The translations under genes and the position numbers were made by a program. Below, piece by piece: positions 25,002 to 40,063 of a DNA stretch of 64,000 bases (position 1 is its first letter; every line of letters begins with the position of its first letter). The notes under the pieces are model-generated. The model had not been told where the DNA came from and did not search any database. It saw nothing but the letters and a program-made list of their open reading frames with translations. This DNA is from Yuukianura sp. NJ FZ-2021 (taxonomy: Eukaryota): positions 3,596,001 to 3,660,000 of the forward strand of contig CM102289.1 of the NCBI GenBank assembly GCA_046563655.1, written 5' to 3'.

Positions 25002-26693
25002 TTAGAACTTTTCCATATACTGGATTGTCGTTTTATACAAGAGTTCGTAAGCATCAATTGCCGAAACAAAATCGAAGTGATTGAATTCCGGCAGAGGAAC
25101 GCGGTAGTTCCGGACCCGGTTAGGTAAAAGTTTTGAAAAGTTATCCACATCCTATAGTTACAAAAGAAATGATTTCAAATCTTTTAAAAATTTAAAAATT
25201 ACATGTCAAATAAGTGTTTTTGTTTTGAAGTTTTACGGTTGGATCTGCCAGCCAATCGTTTTCACCCCAGTAAAGCGCAATTGGTGCAGTCATCTTCGTC
25301 GTGTCAAAATTCGGCGGAAAAACGTCCAAAAGTCCCCGGTCAAATTCAGCAAATCTACCAGAGTTGATTACTTGTCCATAGTGGATGAACGTCTTCACTG
25401 AAGTACTGTCAGGAAAGTGAGCAACAACCATTGGCAACTTCGTCTTCACAAAATAAACAAAATCAAAATGCCAAAAATCAAATTTCAAAATAATTACAAA
25501 CTTTTCAAGGCTAATTTTGTCCATATTTTTCTCTTAATGGTATTTACATCATTCATTTGACTCTCATCAAATCCACCAATAACGAAAAATACGTTTGCGC
25601 ACAAATTTCGTGCCACCATTGGTTGGCTACAAACGACCGGTCCAACGTTGTTGATCGCCTTCAATAGAACATCAGGCAGTTGTTTTCCGGCACCAAGATC
25701 AGTAACGATGTCACCTCCCTACAAAGCACCAAAGTAAAATTTTGATGAAATATTCTTTCGAACACTTCCCTTTTAAAATTTTTGAATCTTTACGTTAGTT
25801 ATAGTGGCAACTTCTGCAATGGGTCCGAGTGCCCTCAAAGGACTCCTCATGTGAGACATGAAAGCGACTGGGGCGAAGGCGCTCATCAAACAAATTTTTG
25901 AATTGTATTCCGGCTTTTTGGCGGCCATTACGAAAAATTGTGTAGTTCCCATAGAGTGACCGATGTAATGAACACATCTCTTGGTAAAATTATTTTGACG
26001 CAGAATATAATCAATGCCTGCTGGAATGTCATATTCACCCATTTCCTGCCAACTATAAAAATCAAAGCAGTTAAAAAAATTGAAAATGTGTGACGTTTTT
26101 TATAAAAATTTTACCTAAATTTCCAAAATGCGGGATCATTTTGCGTCAAGTTTACGTGCTTCAGAGAATAGCTTGTTCCACGGGCATTTCCTAGCCAAAC
26201 ATCATATCCTTCCTCCGCCAGTAAAAATGCTAAGGAATACAAAGGTTTTACACATTTAAAAGTTATATAACCTAAAAATATATTTAAGTCATGTTATATG
26301 TATATAGTAAAACACAGTTACGTAGAATGTGGTTGTCGTTTTGAAGGAACCAGTCGAAAGATGTTCCCAAGAGACCGTGTTGCAGAAGAACTGCTCCCCT
26401 CGTGGTAATATTTGTATTCTTCCCATGTGGAATGCGGTAGTACGTCAGAATGTAACTGTCTTCCGTTTGTATTTCATGGGTCTCTGCCGTATAGCCCCGC
26501 GAAATGATCAACTGAACCTTTAAAGTATATAATTTACAGTTATTAAAATACATTTATATTAATTGAACCAGTCAGTATTTAGAAATATTACCGTATTACG
26601 ATGTACATCGGGATCTTCAGCAGTACTTGCTGCGACAAAAATCTGAAATGTGAAGCACACGAGCAGGGCTCCTCGCGAAGTATAAAAATTCAT
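25002..26693 (-). CDS. Acid lipase (gastric/lysosomal lipase, insect lipase-3 family)
   Basis: Signal peptide; LLQHGLL; GYDVWLGNARG; YIGHSMG nucleophile; ENDWLAD; FNHFDF. Confidence 0.93.
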
Positions 26694-27834
26694 TTCGAAA
26701 TAGTTTTGAAGAGTGCAGTGTAATCAAAAGACGTTAACGTAGCTTGAAAACAAAAGTCTTTTTGAAAACGTTGAGTAGGAAAGGAAGTCTCTGTGCAAAA
26801 TTGAGCAGAGTCAAGGAGTGAGCTTAATGTTTTTCTGTGTCCCCTTTTATAGGGTCCAGCTACGAGCAGTTGTTATCAGAAATTGTAATTACTTTGTTTG
26901 TGTTCTGTTCTACAAAGTTTTAACTTTGTCACGGACAGAAATTACTTTAGTTGAATTGATCGAATTTAAACTGAAATGTAGTGACAATGACTATTTTTGT
27001 ATTCTAGTAAGGCCCAAAAGAAAAACAAAGATTTCACAACTAGAAGAAAAAATATGTTGGCTTAGCTGCTGTGGTTGACTTCAGTACAACAGTAACTAAA
27101 TTCCATTTTGAAAAAAAGGCTGATAGTTGCTGTAAAATTCTTGTCGGGTTGATTTCTTTTTAAGTTAAACCGTGAATTGCTCCACTAATTTGTATTAAAC
27201 CAAAATATTTCTCGCTCACGCCCCTGGCGTTTTAAAAATAACATTTACCTAAACCCTATTCATAAAAATTCTGTTTAGGTTAGGTTTACAAGGGCAAGTC
27301 TTGCAAAGTGGACGACACAAGCTTTAATTTTGTGAACCGCATATTCCCAATTTTTGAAATGCAACATTCCTATTTATTTATTTATATTTTATTCATTTAT
27401 ATTATTTACAAGTACAATTTATATCACTAGTTGAATTAGGTACAGTTCCTTCTCAGGTACAGAACAAAATAATTGTTTTAGTTTTAACACAAGTCTTGGT
27501 CGAAGAAAACCAGAATTGCATCCCCTGTATCCACCAGCACCATCTTCGTATCAATTCTTCCAATCGGTGGCCACAATGATATTGTTAGGTTAGACGAATA
27601 ATTCGAGATCCTTTCAATTATTGAAAGGATCTCTTTTCAAAATTATGTTGCGTATTCAGCAGATCAACCACTCGACAGTCACAACTATGGCATTGGTTGT
27701 AAAATCATGTTTTTGGCGAGGGTACTTGGTTGGGCTCAATTTCGGTAAGGTAGGCTCGGTTGGTTAAACTATCCGGTTACAACTGATCCAGTAATGTTTT
27801 GATCGTCGATTGGTTGCACTGATTTGTTCGTATT

Positions 27835-30800
27835 TCATTTAATAATTTTCAGAGTGGGGAGTTGAGGGGGATCGTCTTCAAAGGGGGGTTCTTTGATGAT
27901 GTCAAAACAACAACTGAGATTACCCAGATGATCCCTGAGGTCGTGACTTAGAGCGAATAGGAGAAGGGGGATGATACAAGTGAGGACGTAGCCAGTAACC
28001 CCTGACACGTCATTGTAATACTGAAGGTCAACCACCAGCTCCCCTGGCAACAAATCCTTCGGCAAGTCAAGGGGCAAGCGTAGAAATCCAGAAGGGAGCC
28101 AACATGTAATGAAAATGGAAAAGAAGATGCAACTATTTCGCATCAGGCGAACTCTCCTATCGGGTCCCGAACTGAAGATGGACTGAAAATGAACAAAATA
28201 CGTGTTACATGATTTCAGAGGTCTTCGAGCGCAAATGTCGTTTGTCACTGGAAATGCCAGTACATCGGATGTCACTAAAGAAGTTAGATTACAGGACTCC
28301 TGTAACGGAAGTAAAGCTGTCAACTTAGAAGTTGTAATAATGTGTCTGTTGGTTCTAGTTAACGAACCATGTAACCTTGTTCAAAGTAATTATTTTCAAA
28401 GTAAACATGAAACGGTTAAAAAAAATCTAAATTCAAACTTTCTCAAGACAAAACGAAAAACAACAAGGTCAAGCAAATTCTGCTCGATGAACAAGAAAGC
28501 ACATTGTTTCACAAAACTAGCGTCTGAGCTCACCTGAGAACGAAGAATGAATTTCATCTTGGAACGAATCTTCCATATTCCTGAAAGTACAAATACAATT
28601 ATTTCTCTCTGAAATTTTTATTAGAAGTTTAACTCATTGTAAAAATTGATAGCGGTACGTCACGCATCATCAAATATATATGTCTCCAATCAAGTGTATG
28701 CCAAGTAATTACTTGGCTTATAAGCATTTAAATTATACATAGTTTTGAATTGTAATATTTTGTTGATCCGAAAAGTTTTGATGCAATCACTGTTGAACTT
28801 TGTAGAAGGAAGGTAATTTCAATCACTAAAGAAATCATTGGAATTGTGAGCCCCAGAAAGTCTTAAGGATGAGCGACGGATAATTATTGTTTCTCGGAAA
28901 TTCGGGGAAACTTTTCTTCCACAACTTTCTCCGAAAGCCTAAAAATATAGTTTCAAGACTATAAGACAAGACAAAGTTTTTATTACACCACTCTTCCAAT
29001 GAAATATCAACAAAAACTTGTTTTCCTTTCCCTCGATGAGTTCCGAAAAGAAATTTAACTTAAAAAACTAACAAAGTGAAACTTTAGTTTTTTTTCTCCT
29101 TGGTTAAAGTTTCTTATTACATGAAACATTTAAGGCAGAGAGCTCATCAGGATTGGGATTCTGAGAAACGACTTTCATCATTTTGATGGTAATTGCTGCT
29201 TCCGCTCGAAAATTCAAATCAATTTTGGCGGGAAGACACGAAACAGACAGGAGCATATGTTCTGCTAATGGGGTACATAATTTATACACGTTTTAGCATT
29301 AATACATCTAGAAATCTGTTGCATTTGATACCCAATGATGCCACAACCAGCCCAGTTTTTAGCGCCAAAGTGTCAAATAAACGCAAAATAAACCTTCAAA
29401 TTGAAGTTGTTTGCTTTTGTAATGAAAAACTTGAAAATACAATAAACTATGATCAATTGGCGAAATCAAAATAAACACGGGAAAATCAAGTTAACTGGCA
29501 TGTTTTGAGACTTTCACTCTGGAAGACGTTAGGCGTAATAATTTACTTCCTGTTTGAGCTTTCCCTTGCCCTTCAACCTTTTGACGTCCTCAACGGATCT
29601 ATCTTAAACACACAATGTCAAAAGCTACTTGATTCGTTGCTTTGACTGTGCATGGCATGAAGAATGCTCGTGTCAATCATCTTCTAAAGCTAGGTTAGCA
29701 TAATCTGACAAAACATATCCTGAAACACAATTTTAAAAGAAGAGGTCAAAGGTCACACTCACCCCTGAACATAATGAGGACTGGAAGGAGGTGAACGAGG
29801 AGAAACAGAGAGAGGCTGTACATAATCTGGGCACCGCTATTTGTCCAAGCCTGAAATTTGGAAGGCAAAAATATAAAAGAACTGACTTCTTTTAAATTAC
29901 TGTTTTCATAGTTTAGAAAAGTTTATTTTAAAATAGCGTCGAACTATTCCGGAATAAATTAAGAATTTGTTAGGTATTTCAAAACAGACTTTTTAAAGCA
30001 TTAAAAGTAATTGGTAGGACACTAGGCCAATTCAAATAAACTGATGATTGATTTGTAAAAAGTTAAAAAGTTTTTGTTTAACTTCCCTCACAGTTATGTA
30101 ATTGATTTGAGTACGTTACCTCTATGCAGTGCTTAGCTCTTAATGGGTTTTCGCGCGAAGACGACATTGTTTCTTCGACTGAACCTGCGAGACCGAGTGG
30201 AATCATGAGGACGCTTGACGCCACCCAGATCAGCACAATCTGTACAGAAATTGCAATTCCACTTCGGTGACTCAGCGGATTCGCTACGATGTGATTCCGA
30301 TCAGTGCATATAGCAATGGTCGTAAACGACAAAATGGTGACTGGCAAACCTACACAAATGGACAAGTATGCACAACTGCACAGAGAGTTTGTTTGCATTT
30401 GTAGTACATTTGATTTTGTGAATACAAACAAACTATTAATATTTAATGAAGTTCCTAATGCAGTAATTAGTAATTACTTTGACTTACGACCAAACATTAA
30501 GTACAGTTGGCAGAGACTAAGGCCGTATGGCCAAGCTGAGAGGAGACTTCGGTAGACGACAGCAAAAGCTCCAAAGATGATGTAAAACAGAGATCCCACG
30601 GAGAGGTTGGCAATCATATAATTCGTCTTTCTATTGGCATTATATTTACATAATAAAACATGCTACTTAAAAATATGAATTATAATGTATTTAGACTATG
30701 TGATTGTTTACTTTTGCTATTCAAATTGAATTACTTTTCACGAGAGAAAGGTTAGAAAAGCAACTTTCTATGAATGATCTAGGATGTTAGACTAAACTAG

Positions 30801-31256
30801 GAAGAGTTTTTACTTCCCCTTTTTTCTGACCTGTCAGAAATTGCAATCTTTTTAATTACTGGAATGGATTTAAAAGATTCAAACAGGAAGAACTCGAATC
30901 CAAAATAAAAATTTCATTCTTGAAATTACCGCAAAAAGCGAATTTCCTAAAGCAATTTTAGAACGTTGAATTCGTCAGATTAAAATTATTCAGAGAGATC
31001 TTCATACTTATATAACTTAAAACTTTATTATTTATAGTACTTACGATTAGTTTTTAACTTAATGGTTTTTAGTTTTTTTTAGTAATTTTTTTAAATATTA
31101 TACTTACATTCTAAATTTTCTTGATCCCATAATAACTGCGAGAATGATACAATTTCCAGTGAACCCAATAACAGACGCAACGGTGAAAACTCCCAGGATC
31201 CCGGTAGAAGGTCGGTCTAAAATTTCCAACTTGAGGTTAACACTACTGTTGTCCAT
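27835..31256 (-). CDS. Class A (rhodopsin-like) GPCR, divergent neuropeptide-receptor-like, 6 exons
   Basis: TM1 GFTGNCII; TNYMIANLS; WPYGLSLC; TDRN; IWVAS..MIP; HLLP; short exon ~28534-28581; FITCWLP; TM7 TCIIPLLLF. Confidence 0.8.
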
Positions 31257-31687
31257 TATAAAAAACTACTTCTTTTTCAAAAATTTATGAGAAGAAGGTT
31301 TACTAATAAAACTAACTTGTTAACCTAACCTCGTATGGTTACTTATTAATCCTATTGTTTCCACTTTGGAGCTTAGGCAAGAAGCAGAAGCGCAAATGTT
31401 GACTGAATCTTCAGATATCTGAAGAGAAGCGATTGGGATTTCTCTGAAAGTGAAAGCTTGCGTGATGGTGTCTGAGATCATAAGTTGAAGACACCGCCCC
31501 CTACATTATATCAAATCACGTTTCGCTAGATTCCCACTTTTTGATATTTTATTCAAGAAATTTGAGGTGTTTTTGTTTAGTCGCAGTTACAAATTAACGC
31601 AAAACTTAACTACTTAAAATGTGAAAGTACCTTGTAAAATGCTTCCAAAGAAAATTGTATTTTTTCCCCAATTTAAAAAAAAAAACC

Positions 31688-33950
31688 TTAGTAGAAGGGT
31701 GTCAACTTGACAACAAATGGGATTGGTGTCATAGTGAGGGACGGAACGCCAAGTTCTAGCGACGGTTCACGTCCTTCAACAGCTTCCATAGAAAATCTAC
31801 TTACGACACTTGTAGTGAGCATAAACAAAGCAATCATTCCCATGTTTTCACCAGGACAGTATCTCGCTCCTCAGAAATTGAAAAAAAAACACGTTTTGAA
31901 AAACTTAAAAAAAATTGTTCGCTCTTTGAAGAAATTGTATGTACCAATTCCAAAATGTTGGAGTCTGTCCATCTTTGAGTTGTCGAATGTCCCATCCGGT
32001 AGAAGAAGTCTTTCTGGACGAAACACTTCTGGATCCCTCCAATACTTTCTATCGTGAAACATCGAATACATGTTGGCAAACATCATAGTTCCTTTCGGGA
32101 TGTTGTACCCCCCAACCTCAATGTCATCAGTCACCATTCGAGGAGTCCAAACAGTAATGTACGGAGCATGTCTCATCACCTCGAGTATAACTGCTTTTGT
32201 GTAGTGCATTCTGACAAAAAAAAAACAATTCAGAAATTTAATAATTCTGATACCTATAGGTATAGAGTATACTCTAACATGCATAAATAAATTTTAATAA
32301 GTTGGTTTTATGTAAATACTCTGCCATGAGGCTGGAAGGAAACGGAATGTCGCCACCGTGCATGTGCCGCTCCAATTCTACACGCACTTTCCTTTGAACT
32401 TCTGGATACAATGTTAAGTAGTACAGTATCCAAGTGGAGGCGGTGGCTGTCGTATCTGAGCCACCAAGAAACAAATCCATGAGGGTCAGGATGAATTGAT
32501 CCTCTAAAGACAACAAAAAGTATATTATCATAATTAAAGTAAAATGGTTCAAAAAAATAACTTATTATTCAAATTCGTAATAAATCTGTATTCAACTGGC
32601 CATTGAAAATTGTGTCTTGTTCCCCTTTACGACTTCCAATTTCGTCCAAATACGCTTCAATGAAGCTCTCTGGTTCCGTTCGTCCTTCTCCTTCTCGTTT
32701 TTGCTTAGCTTCTTCTACCAACTCCTGCATGAGAAAGCAAAAGTAAGATTGTCATTATTATCCACTACACAATGGCTACCTTCTGGCTTGCTGGAGGCCA
32801 ACAATTTGAAAATTTCAGAAACTATTTTTATTTATTTATTTATTATTTTTTTCATAAGGCTCTCTTTGGGCCCTAAGCCCATAGAACCTAACTATTTTTA
32901 TACGAGACGAGCTTTATGAAATTCTTGTTTGCAGGCTTACCCAAATGAATTCTTTGACATCTCGATGAATGTTGTAATGTTCTCGGTACCCACTCCATAC
33001 AGGAAATATTTTGAGAAATGGGAACGTACTCAGCAGATTTTTGGTTGTCAGGGATTCAAATATACGTTGGCTCAGTTGAAGGTGGCGCTTGATCTTTGAG
33101 CTATGCGGGTCAAACCGATAGCCGCCAACTGATGCCCAGAGAATGTTAATGGTACAACCTGCGATACGGTTGACGTCCACTTCCCACACACCGGCAGATC
33201 CTTTGATCTTGATTTCAACTTCATCAAGAAGGTCTTTGACCTCATGATGAATAGTTTCGTCCATCGTGTACCTCTTACCAAATCCAAACTGACGCAGAAG
33301 TTCATAGTGTACTTCTTCTGTTGGTGCCACACATCGCCATATGAAAAGATAATTCCTGTACAATATAGGTATATTATTTTATTAATATATAAATAAATAA
33401 TGAAATAAAGATCATGTTTTTATTTGCTGTACATAATTCTTTTGTTCATAATACTTTTGTGACATACCTAAATTTTTATAATCGTTTCGTTGTTCAAAAT
33501 AATCAAACCGGAATCTTTCCGTGTTCGTCTCCTTTCGACGGTATAAGTCCTTCATCATTTCAAAATCCGACACAACCACTGAAAGTTCAAAATAAAAATT
33601 TAATAAGTTCAAAATATGAAAAGTGAAGTTTTGTAAAAGCTACCTGCGTAGTGAACACCGAAACCTAGCGACATAATTCCACCGTATTTTTTTGCAAGGC
33701 CGCTCATCTGTAGATGGGGGTATTTTGAGTTTTCCATGAACATTGCCGGAAGACTTCCAACAATCGGCCATCGAACGGGACCTACGTAAGGAAAATTCAC
33801 AAAATTGCTTTCTTTTTTCTTCAATTTTTCAATTTTGAAAATTTTCCCTTTATTACCCGGTGGTAGGTTTTGTTTTCTACCAAAACTTTGTTTGAACTTC
33901 CAAGCAAGAAGGCATGTCAAAATGAAAACTAATGCAACTACGTACATCAT
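31688..33950 (-). CDS. Cytochrome P450, CYP2 clan (distinct from paralogues A-C)
   Basis: LPPGP; DLFLGGSDTT; EVMR; FRPERL; FGIGARYCPGE. Confidence 0.92.
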
Positions 33951-35340
33951 TGTGGCTTGGGATGCTTCCCTGGAACTAACCTATCCTAACCTGAAGTGAA
34001 CTAAAAACTGAACTTTTGTATACTTCGCATTTTTTTTTATTTCCGACAATAATTTTTAGTAAATCTTGATTACACCAGGGGTGCCACCTTGATAACCTTG
34101 GAATTGGCATTTTGTGGATCCTTTATTGTCTATTGTATCCTTTGTTCAGTTATGGGTGGCTTTTGTTTCTTTCGACCTTGTTTACCAAGACCGACGTTGA
34201 AGTTGTTTTTAGCATCGTTACATAAATCAAGGTTGGTAAACAAAATTGTTTTGCTTGAACCGGTTCGTAAGTTTGTAAATTTTGTTAAAAAACTAACAAA
34301 ATTGTTAGGTTAGGTTAGTTTTCTTTTTTGTGGCAATGAGTTGAACGTAATTTAAATGGCATTAGCTAGGTTACCTCAGCCTGCTATTTCGTTGCAACAA
34401 GGAACATGGATAAATCACGTTGAGTTTATTTCACCCTGGACAATTAACGTTCGTTTGTAATAAGCTTGCGTTTTTCACTTCTAAGATATTCATCAAGTGC
34501 TCAGAGAATGTCACCGATCGCTCAGGGAAAGCTATACACATTCCAAAATTTCATTTATGAAGGGCTCCTAAATCTTTATCTTAGGTTTGTTTTCAATTCC
34601 TCCCAATGGCTTTCTCCGACCGGTCGATGACTATCTCCTAACCTCACTTAACATATTTCACATAAAATGCGTCGTCTTTACTATAAAAATGTAAATCTCA
34701 GTGCTTTGAATTTCATGATCTTCACAGCTTAACTGAAGTTTAAACTTAATTTTAAAGTTGTGATATGGGCAGTATTGTCATAACTATAAACACTCACGGA
34801 GTTAAAATGAAATTGTAAACAAATGAATTAAATTAACGACATCAATTTTTTTTTTGTATTCTTGAAAAATATGATTTTACTATGTACAGAGTATCTTTTC
34901 TTTTTGTTAAACACGGTCTGGCTTTTTCTGCTTCCACGTGGCAAAAAGTTACGATCAAACGCAGCTTTTTTTTTCTCAGCCATTTCTTGTGCAAATGCTT
35001 TCGGCATTTAAAGCACTCTTCTCAGAAAGTTTTTTAATGATAACCTAACCTAAAAAGAAAATTTGAATTAGTGTGTCATTATCAATTTGTTACCATGATA
35101 TCAGTACCAATGTAAAGTACAGTGACGCGGCATACAAAAAAAATGAGTCCCAAAGGTCGACAGGCATTTTGGAAAGAAAGAAAACTGAAAAAAAGAATAG
35201 TCTGATACATAAAGGTCAGCAGATTATCATTGTCTGCTCAAAGACTAATTTAAATAAATTCACTAGTTACTTTTAGTTACTAGTTGTGGTCTCATTTTAG
35301 AAATCGAAAGTCCTAACTTCACGACAACTGTAGCAATACG

Positions 35341-38036
35341 ATGATTATTTTACTGCAGTTTTTGTTGTTTTTGATATTTTTATATATTTTTTGCAACTTT
35401 TCTAAAAAATCCAAGTATAGATGGCCACCAGGTAAAAAATTTGAATTCAAAAATATTTGCTATGACGATTGTGTCTGAAGCAATAATGCTCGTTGTTTTA
35501 GAACCTATTCTATATATTTTTCTTTATATAGCATTTATTTGTATCAATATCTATTAACATTTATATAATATATTTATTTAAATATCAAAAATATTTTTTA
35601 TCAGGGCCGGTGCAGTTACCAGTAATTGGCTCCGTTATTTCGGTGCTGCTAGCGGACGTTCGCAAACCTTGGACGGCATTTGCAAAACTGAGTAGAAAGT
35701 ATGGGTCCATTTTCACGGTTAAAATTGGATCAGTTAGAATGGGTAAAACAAATTTAATATCTTTTTTAATATCTAAGTTGTATCTTTCATCACAGTTCGC
35801 GACAATAAAAATTTAAAAAAAAAAAAATCTTTTTTAACAGTCAATACAAATGGTTTTCTTTTTAAAAGTGAATTTATTTGTTACAGTTGTGGTAAGCAGT
35901 CATGCTCTTCTATCCAAAATAGAATTTTCAGATAAGTTGTTGAGCCATGTTGACACCAACGACGTCTGGCTACTGGAGAAAAGTGATCAAATTCCACTTG
36001 GTAAGCTTTAACAACATTTCAAAACAATATCAAAAGCTCGCAATCAAATTTAAAAAGAAAATTTGCGAATAGCAATAAAATAAATCATTGCATAAGTACA
36101 GAATCCAACCACATGACAAAAGAAATTAAAACTGCTACGCATAAAATTTTCAAAACCAAACGTAGCCACTAAAATTAATTCCCCAAATATCTAAACACTG
36201 CATAATAAAAAAAGTTACGATTAACATAACACACATCCGTTTTTTCTAAATCCAGGACTCCTGTTTAGTATTCCGGAATTCTGGAACACCACGCGGTCGA
36301 TGGTGCAGAAAACTTTGCACCAGTTTGGTTTTCACACAAAATCCAAAATTGAAGTGGCAATTGTAGAAGAAATTGCGGAATTCTGCGAGTCATTAAAACA
36401 ACGCATGACAAATGGTCAAATTTGTTTAGAAATGAGGAGTGAATTTATTGAAGTTTTTTACAATATTGTTTGGACATTGCTCTCCGGGAAAAAATGTACG
36501 TTAGAAGATGCTCCAGTGAGGAAAAATCAAATTACCGCAATGCTCGACTTTGTCAGCTGCGGAAATGCTAGCGGAAAAGCAGCAATCATATTTCCAATAC
36601 TAATTAAAATGCTCCCAAATCTGATGGGTTACACTAAACTTAAGGATTGCTGTCAACGGTGGAGGGAAGTTATTGGCGTAATATATTTACTAAATATGTT
36701 ACACTTATAAATTTCTAAAATTCAAGGCAATTTTTGCTAATGGTTGTTTTTGTTTAAACTGTGATTTTCAGAAAACTGTTGCACAACAACGCAAAACTAG
36801 AAATACTGACCTTGAACCAAATAATTTTCTGGATACATTTTTATCCAAAATTGACGCAACTGTGTCTCCAAACAATGTTTTGGACACAATTTACACTGGT
36901 ATAAATTTTATATATTTACATTGTAAACATTTCCAAATGTAGTATATTGCAACTACACATAATCTGTAAATAATATATACTGTAATACACTTACAAATAC
37001 CTATAAAGAGATTTTAATATTCGTTTTTTGTTTACACTTTATCAGAGGCCAACCTGGTAGCAACTTTGCAAGACCTCATCGTAGGTGGAACTGATACACA
37101 ATCTGTTTCCATAAATTTTTTCGTTCGCTACTTGCTCCAAAATCCGGAAGTTCAAGAGGAGCTGTATGCAGAAGTGGATCAAGTACTCGGGAAATCTCGT
37201 TATGTCAATGTTGATGACATCCCTAAGTAAGCATAATTGTTTACCTTATGCAAATTATGTAAGTATTATAAGTCTAGTAAAGAATTGTTATTGTTTAATG
37301 TTTTGTCTTTGACATTAGTTTGGTATATACTCAAGCAGTGGTGACCGAGCTTCTTAGGTAATGCAGCGATATTGTGACAACTAATATTGTACTGTACAGT
37401 TTCTCAAAACTATTCCGGTTGAGCGGCTTAATGTGAAAAATTTTTCTAGGATTGTTTCTGCCGTACCAATTGCTCCAAGGAAGCTATTGGATGACTGGGA
37501 ATTCGATGGTTTTCTAATTCCAAAAGTTGGTGTTTTCAACTAGAAGAAATTCTATATAATATATTAAAAGTAATTTAGTGAAATACTTTCAAATACAGGG
37601 CACTTTCATAGCCTTGAGCATTTGGGGAGCTAATAGAGACGAAACGGTTTGGAAGAATGCCGAGACGTTCAACCCAAGGAGATTCTTGTCACCAGACAAC
37701 AAACTGATCAACACAGAAAAATTATTTACTTTTGGATTTGGTAATTGCGCATAAATTTACTCAAAAAGTTCATAACACTACTATTTTCTCAGTATGCCAA
37801 CCCAAATATCAATGTATTTGAGTTTTGCAAAAATGAAATCGTGAAAATTTTTAGGGAAAAGACGATGCATAGGAGAAACCCTTGCAAAAACAAATTTGAT
37901 GCTGGTAGTACCAACGCTGGTTCAGCGCTTCAGTTTTCATGTAGATACGGCATATGGAGTACCTTCTGATGGAGATGTACATGGATTTTCACGAGATACG
38001 ACGCCATACAATGTAATCATTAAAGCAAGACAATAA
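35341..38036 (+). CDS. Cytochrome P450, CYP2 clan (paralogue C)
   Basis: Same exon layout as A/B; DLIVGGTDT; ELLR; FNPRRF; FGFGKRRCIGE; ends IKARQ*. Confidence 0.93.
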
Positions 38037-38329
38037 TTACTGTAATGTGTTGAAAACGTACTAAATGTTGGAAAAACAATGTTGGGCGTGCAATGTGAGT
38101 AGATGTACTTGTAGGATTAGAAACTATTGTTGTGTCCATTATGATTGCTTGAACAAGGAGTATATCCAAGTCTAAGTTAATTTGAATTTTCCCATTCTAT
38201 CAGTAGCATTCAACTCAACTTTTAAAAAACTAGTGAATAAATTGTCTCTAAACTGTTTTCAACTATGCTGATGTTATAAATATTAATTTTATTCAAAACT
38301 ATTTGAAAAATTCTAATTTAGAACAAGAT

Positions 38330-40063
38330 TTAGATGAGTTCCAATTCTGAGTTGACGTCTCCATACTTTTGGCGATACGTGTAGTAAAGATTACGAAGTT
38401 CATCTATATACTGCGCATGTACTTGGTCTACATACTCCACAGTAGGATGGCTTTGTTGAACCACTTCAATAGGCGAGCCAACTAAAAAAATTGCATTTGA
38501 TAACTAAGAAAACAAGAAAAAAACTTTTTTCAACTGACCAACAGTTGTGATTGGATGACGACGAGGGAGAATGCCAAAACCGTTCTGGAATATGCCGCGT
38601 CCATACCAAAGTGGAAATGGAACGCCAAACCACTTGAGACAAGTTTCTTGCAGGGCCCTAGCCCAGGAACCCTCTGGATTTGATATTTGAGAATAAGTTT
38701 CCGTTTCACCGAAACTGTAGACAGGAACGACAGGAGCCCTTGGGAATAATATTTCTCATTAAAAAAAAGCAATTCAAAAGCCCTAATTCTACTGCTTTTT
38801 AGAACATACCCGTTCTGTATGGCAAGCCTGATAAAACCTTTTCGTGTCTTTAAATACAACTTGTTAATACCAGGACGAGAGAAGATTGCTGCACTAAGAC
38901 AAAGTTACACTTTGGAAAAACTTTAAAATGGTTGCAATTTTTTAGTAAGCATAAGTACAATTACTTTGCAATTTCAGTAGCTTTATTGATGCCAATTACC
39001 TTCTCTTGATCCTCCTGGCAAAATTAATACCATGTTTCCCCCACCTGCCTTTTGAAGCAGAACGGAAATGCTTTCAGCATTCACGGAACACCCTCCTAGT
39101 AAATTTTTTTTTAAACTTGTTGATTGAGATTTGCAATTTTTTTGCCTTTACCACTCCCTTCCTATCTGCAATTACACTAGGAAAATTACCCATGAAGAGC
39201 AGGATTTCTCGAAATACTGGAAGAAAGAAGAGCAGGTCAAAGGTCAAGAAACTTGTTTTTAGTCCAGGGAAAACTAAATGAGCATCAGTTCCATCTGTCA
39301 CTAAAGTTCCCGTGATTCCTGAAAATATGCAGTTTCAATCATATTTACAGCACAAAACTTTTCTGAAAACAGATAAACTCAAAATTAATTCCTACTGCGT
39401 AAGTAGAAAACTATTTTTTTTAATCAATTACAACAGCTTTACTTAAAATTCGTTACCTGTTGCAAATACTCCATGCGGGTGACATGCTGCTAAATAATTC
39501 CTACTTGGATCCAAATCTACAGTTTTGACTAAGCTCAGTGGAAAGTACTTGGCGTACCACTTAGGAATTGGAAGCCTCCATCGACAGCTCCATCTACAAA
39601 AAAGTGCTAATTCAACCTGTCTAAAACCGTTTTAAATCAAGGTCAATGATCTTTTAACACTACCTGCGCCCTCCTTTCCTCCCAATGTCGAGGTCACTGT
39701 ATATCCAAGTGAGGTACGCTGCTACTATGTACCAATACTTTGTAAAGAAAAGAACGTAGAGTGTAAAGCAAACTCCGATTGGAACAAGAAGCCACATCAA
39801 CGCCCAAACGAGGAGGGCAATCTGTGAACAGGAATTTAAATTTCAAATTCAAATTACCGCCAAATTCAAAAATTTCGTTTTTAAATTCAAAACCGTACGG
39901 TTTCTCTCTTCCGGGACCAAGCATTACATATTGGGTCAAAAGTCAGCAGGCTGAAAAGTGAAAAAACACTGCGTTTTTTAAAGAAATGTATTAATTATAA
40001 ATTGTTATTATAGTTTTATAAATATTCTACATTGAAATGTTCTAACCTCTTGAGTATACCCAT
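38330..40063 (-). CDS. DGAT2/MOGAT-family acyltransferase, copy 1
   Basis: [55 protein letters not shown]. Confidence 0.9.

Noticed and set aside
29104..29720. Extra GPCR exons or a premature stop
   Set aside because: A phase-compatible exon at ~28534-28581 gives a complete 7TM frame; the acceptor-like site near 29720 leads to a stop and has no support
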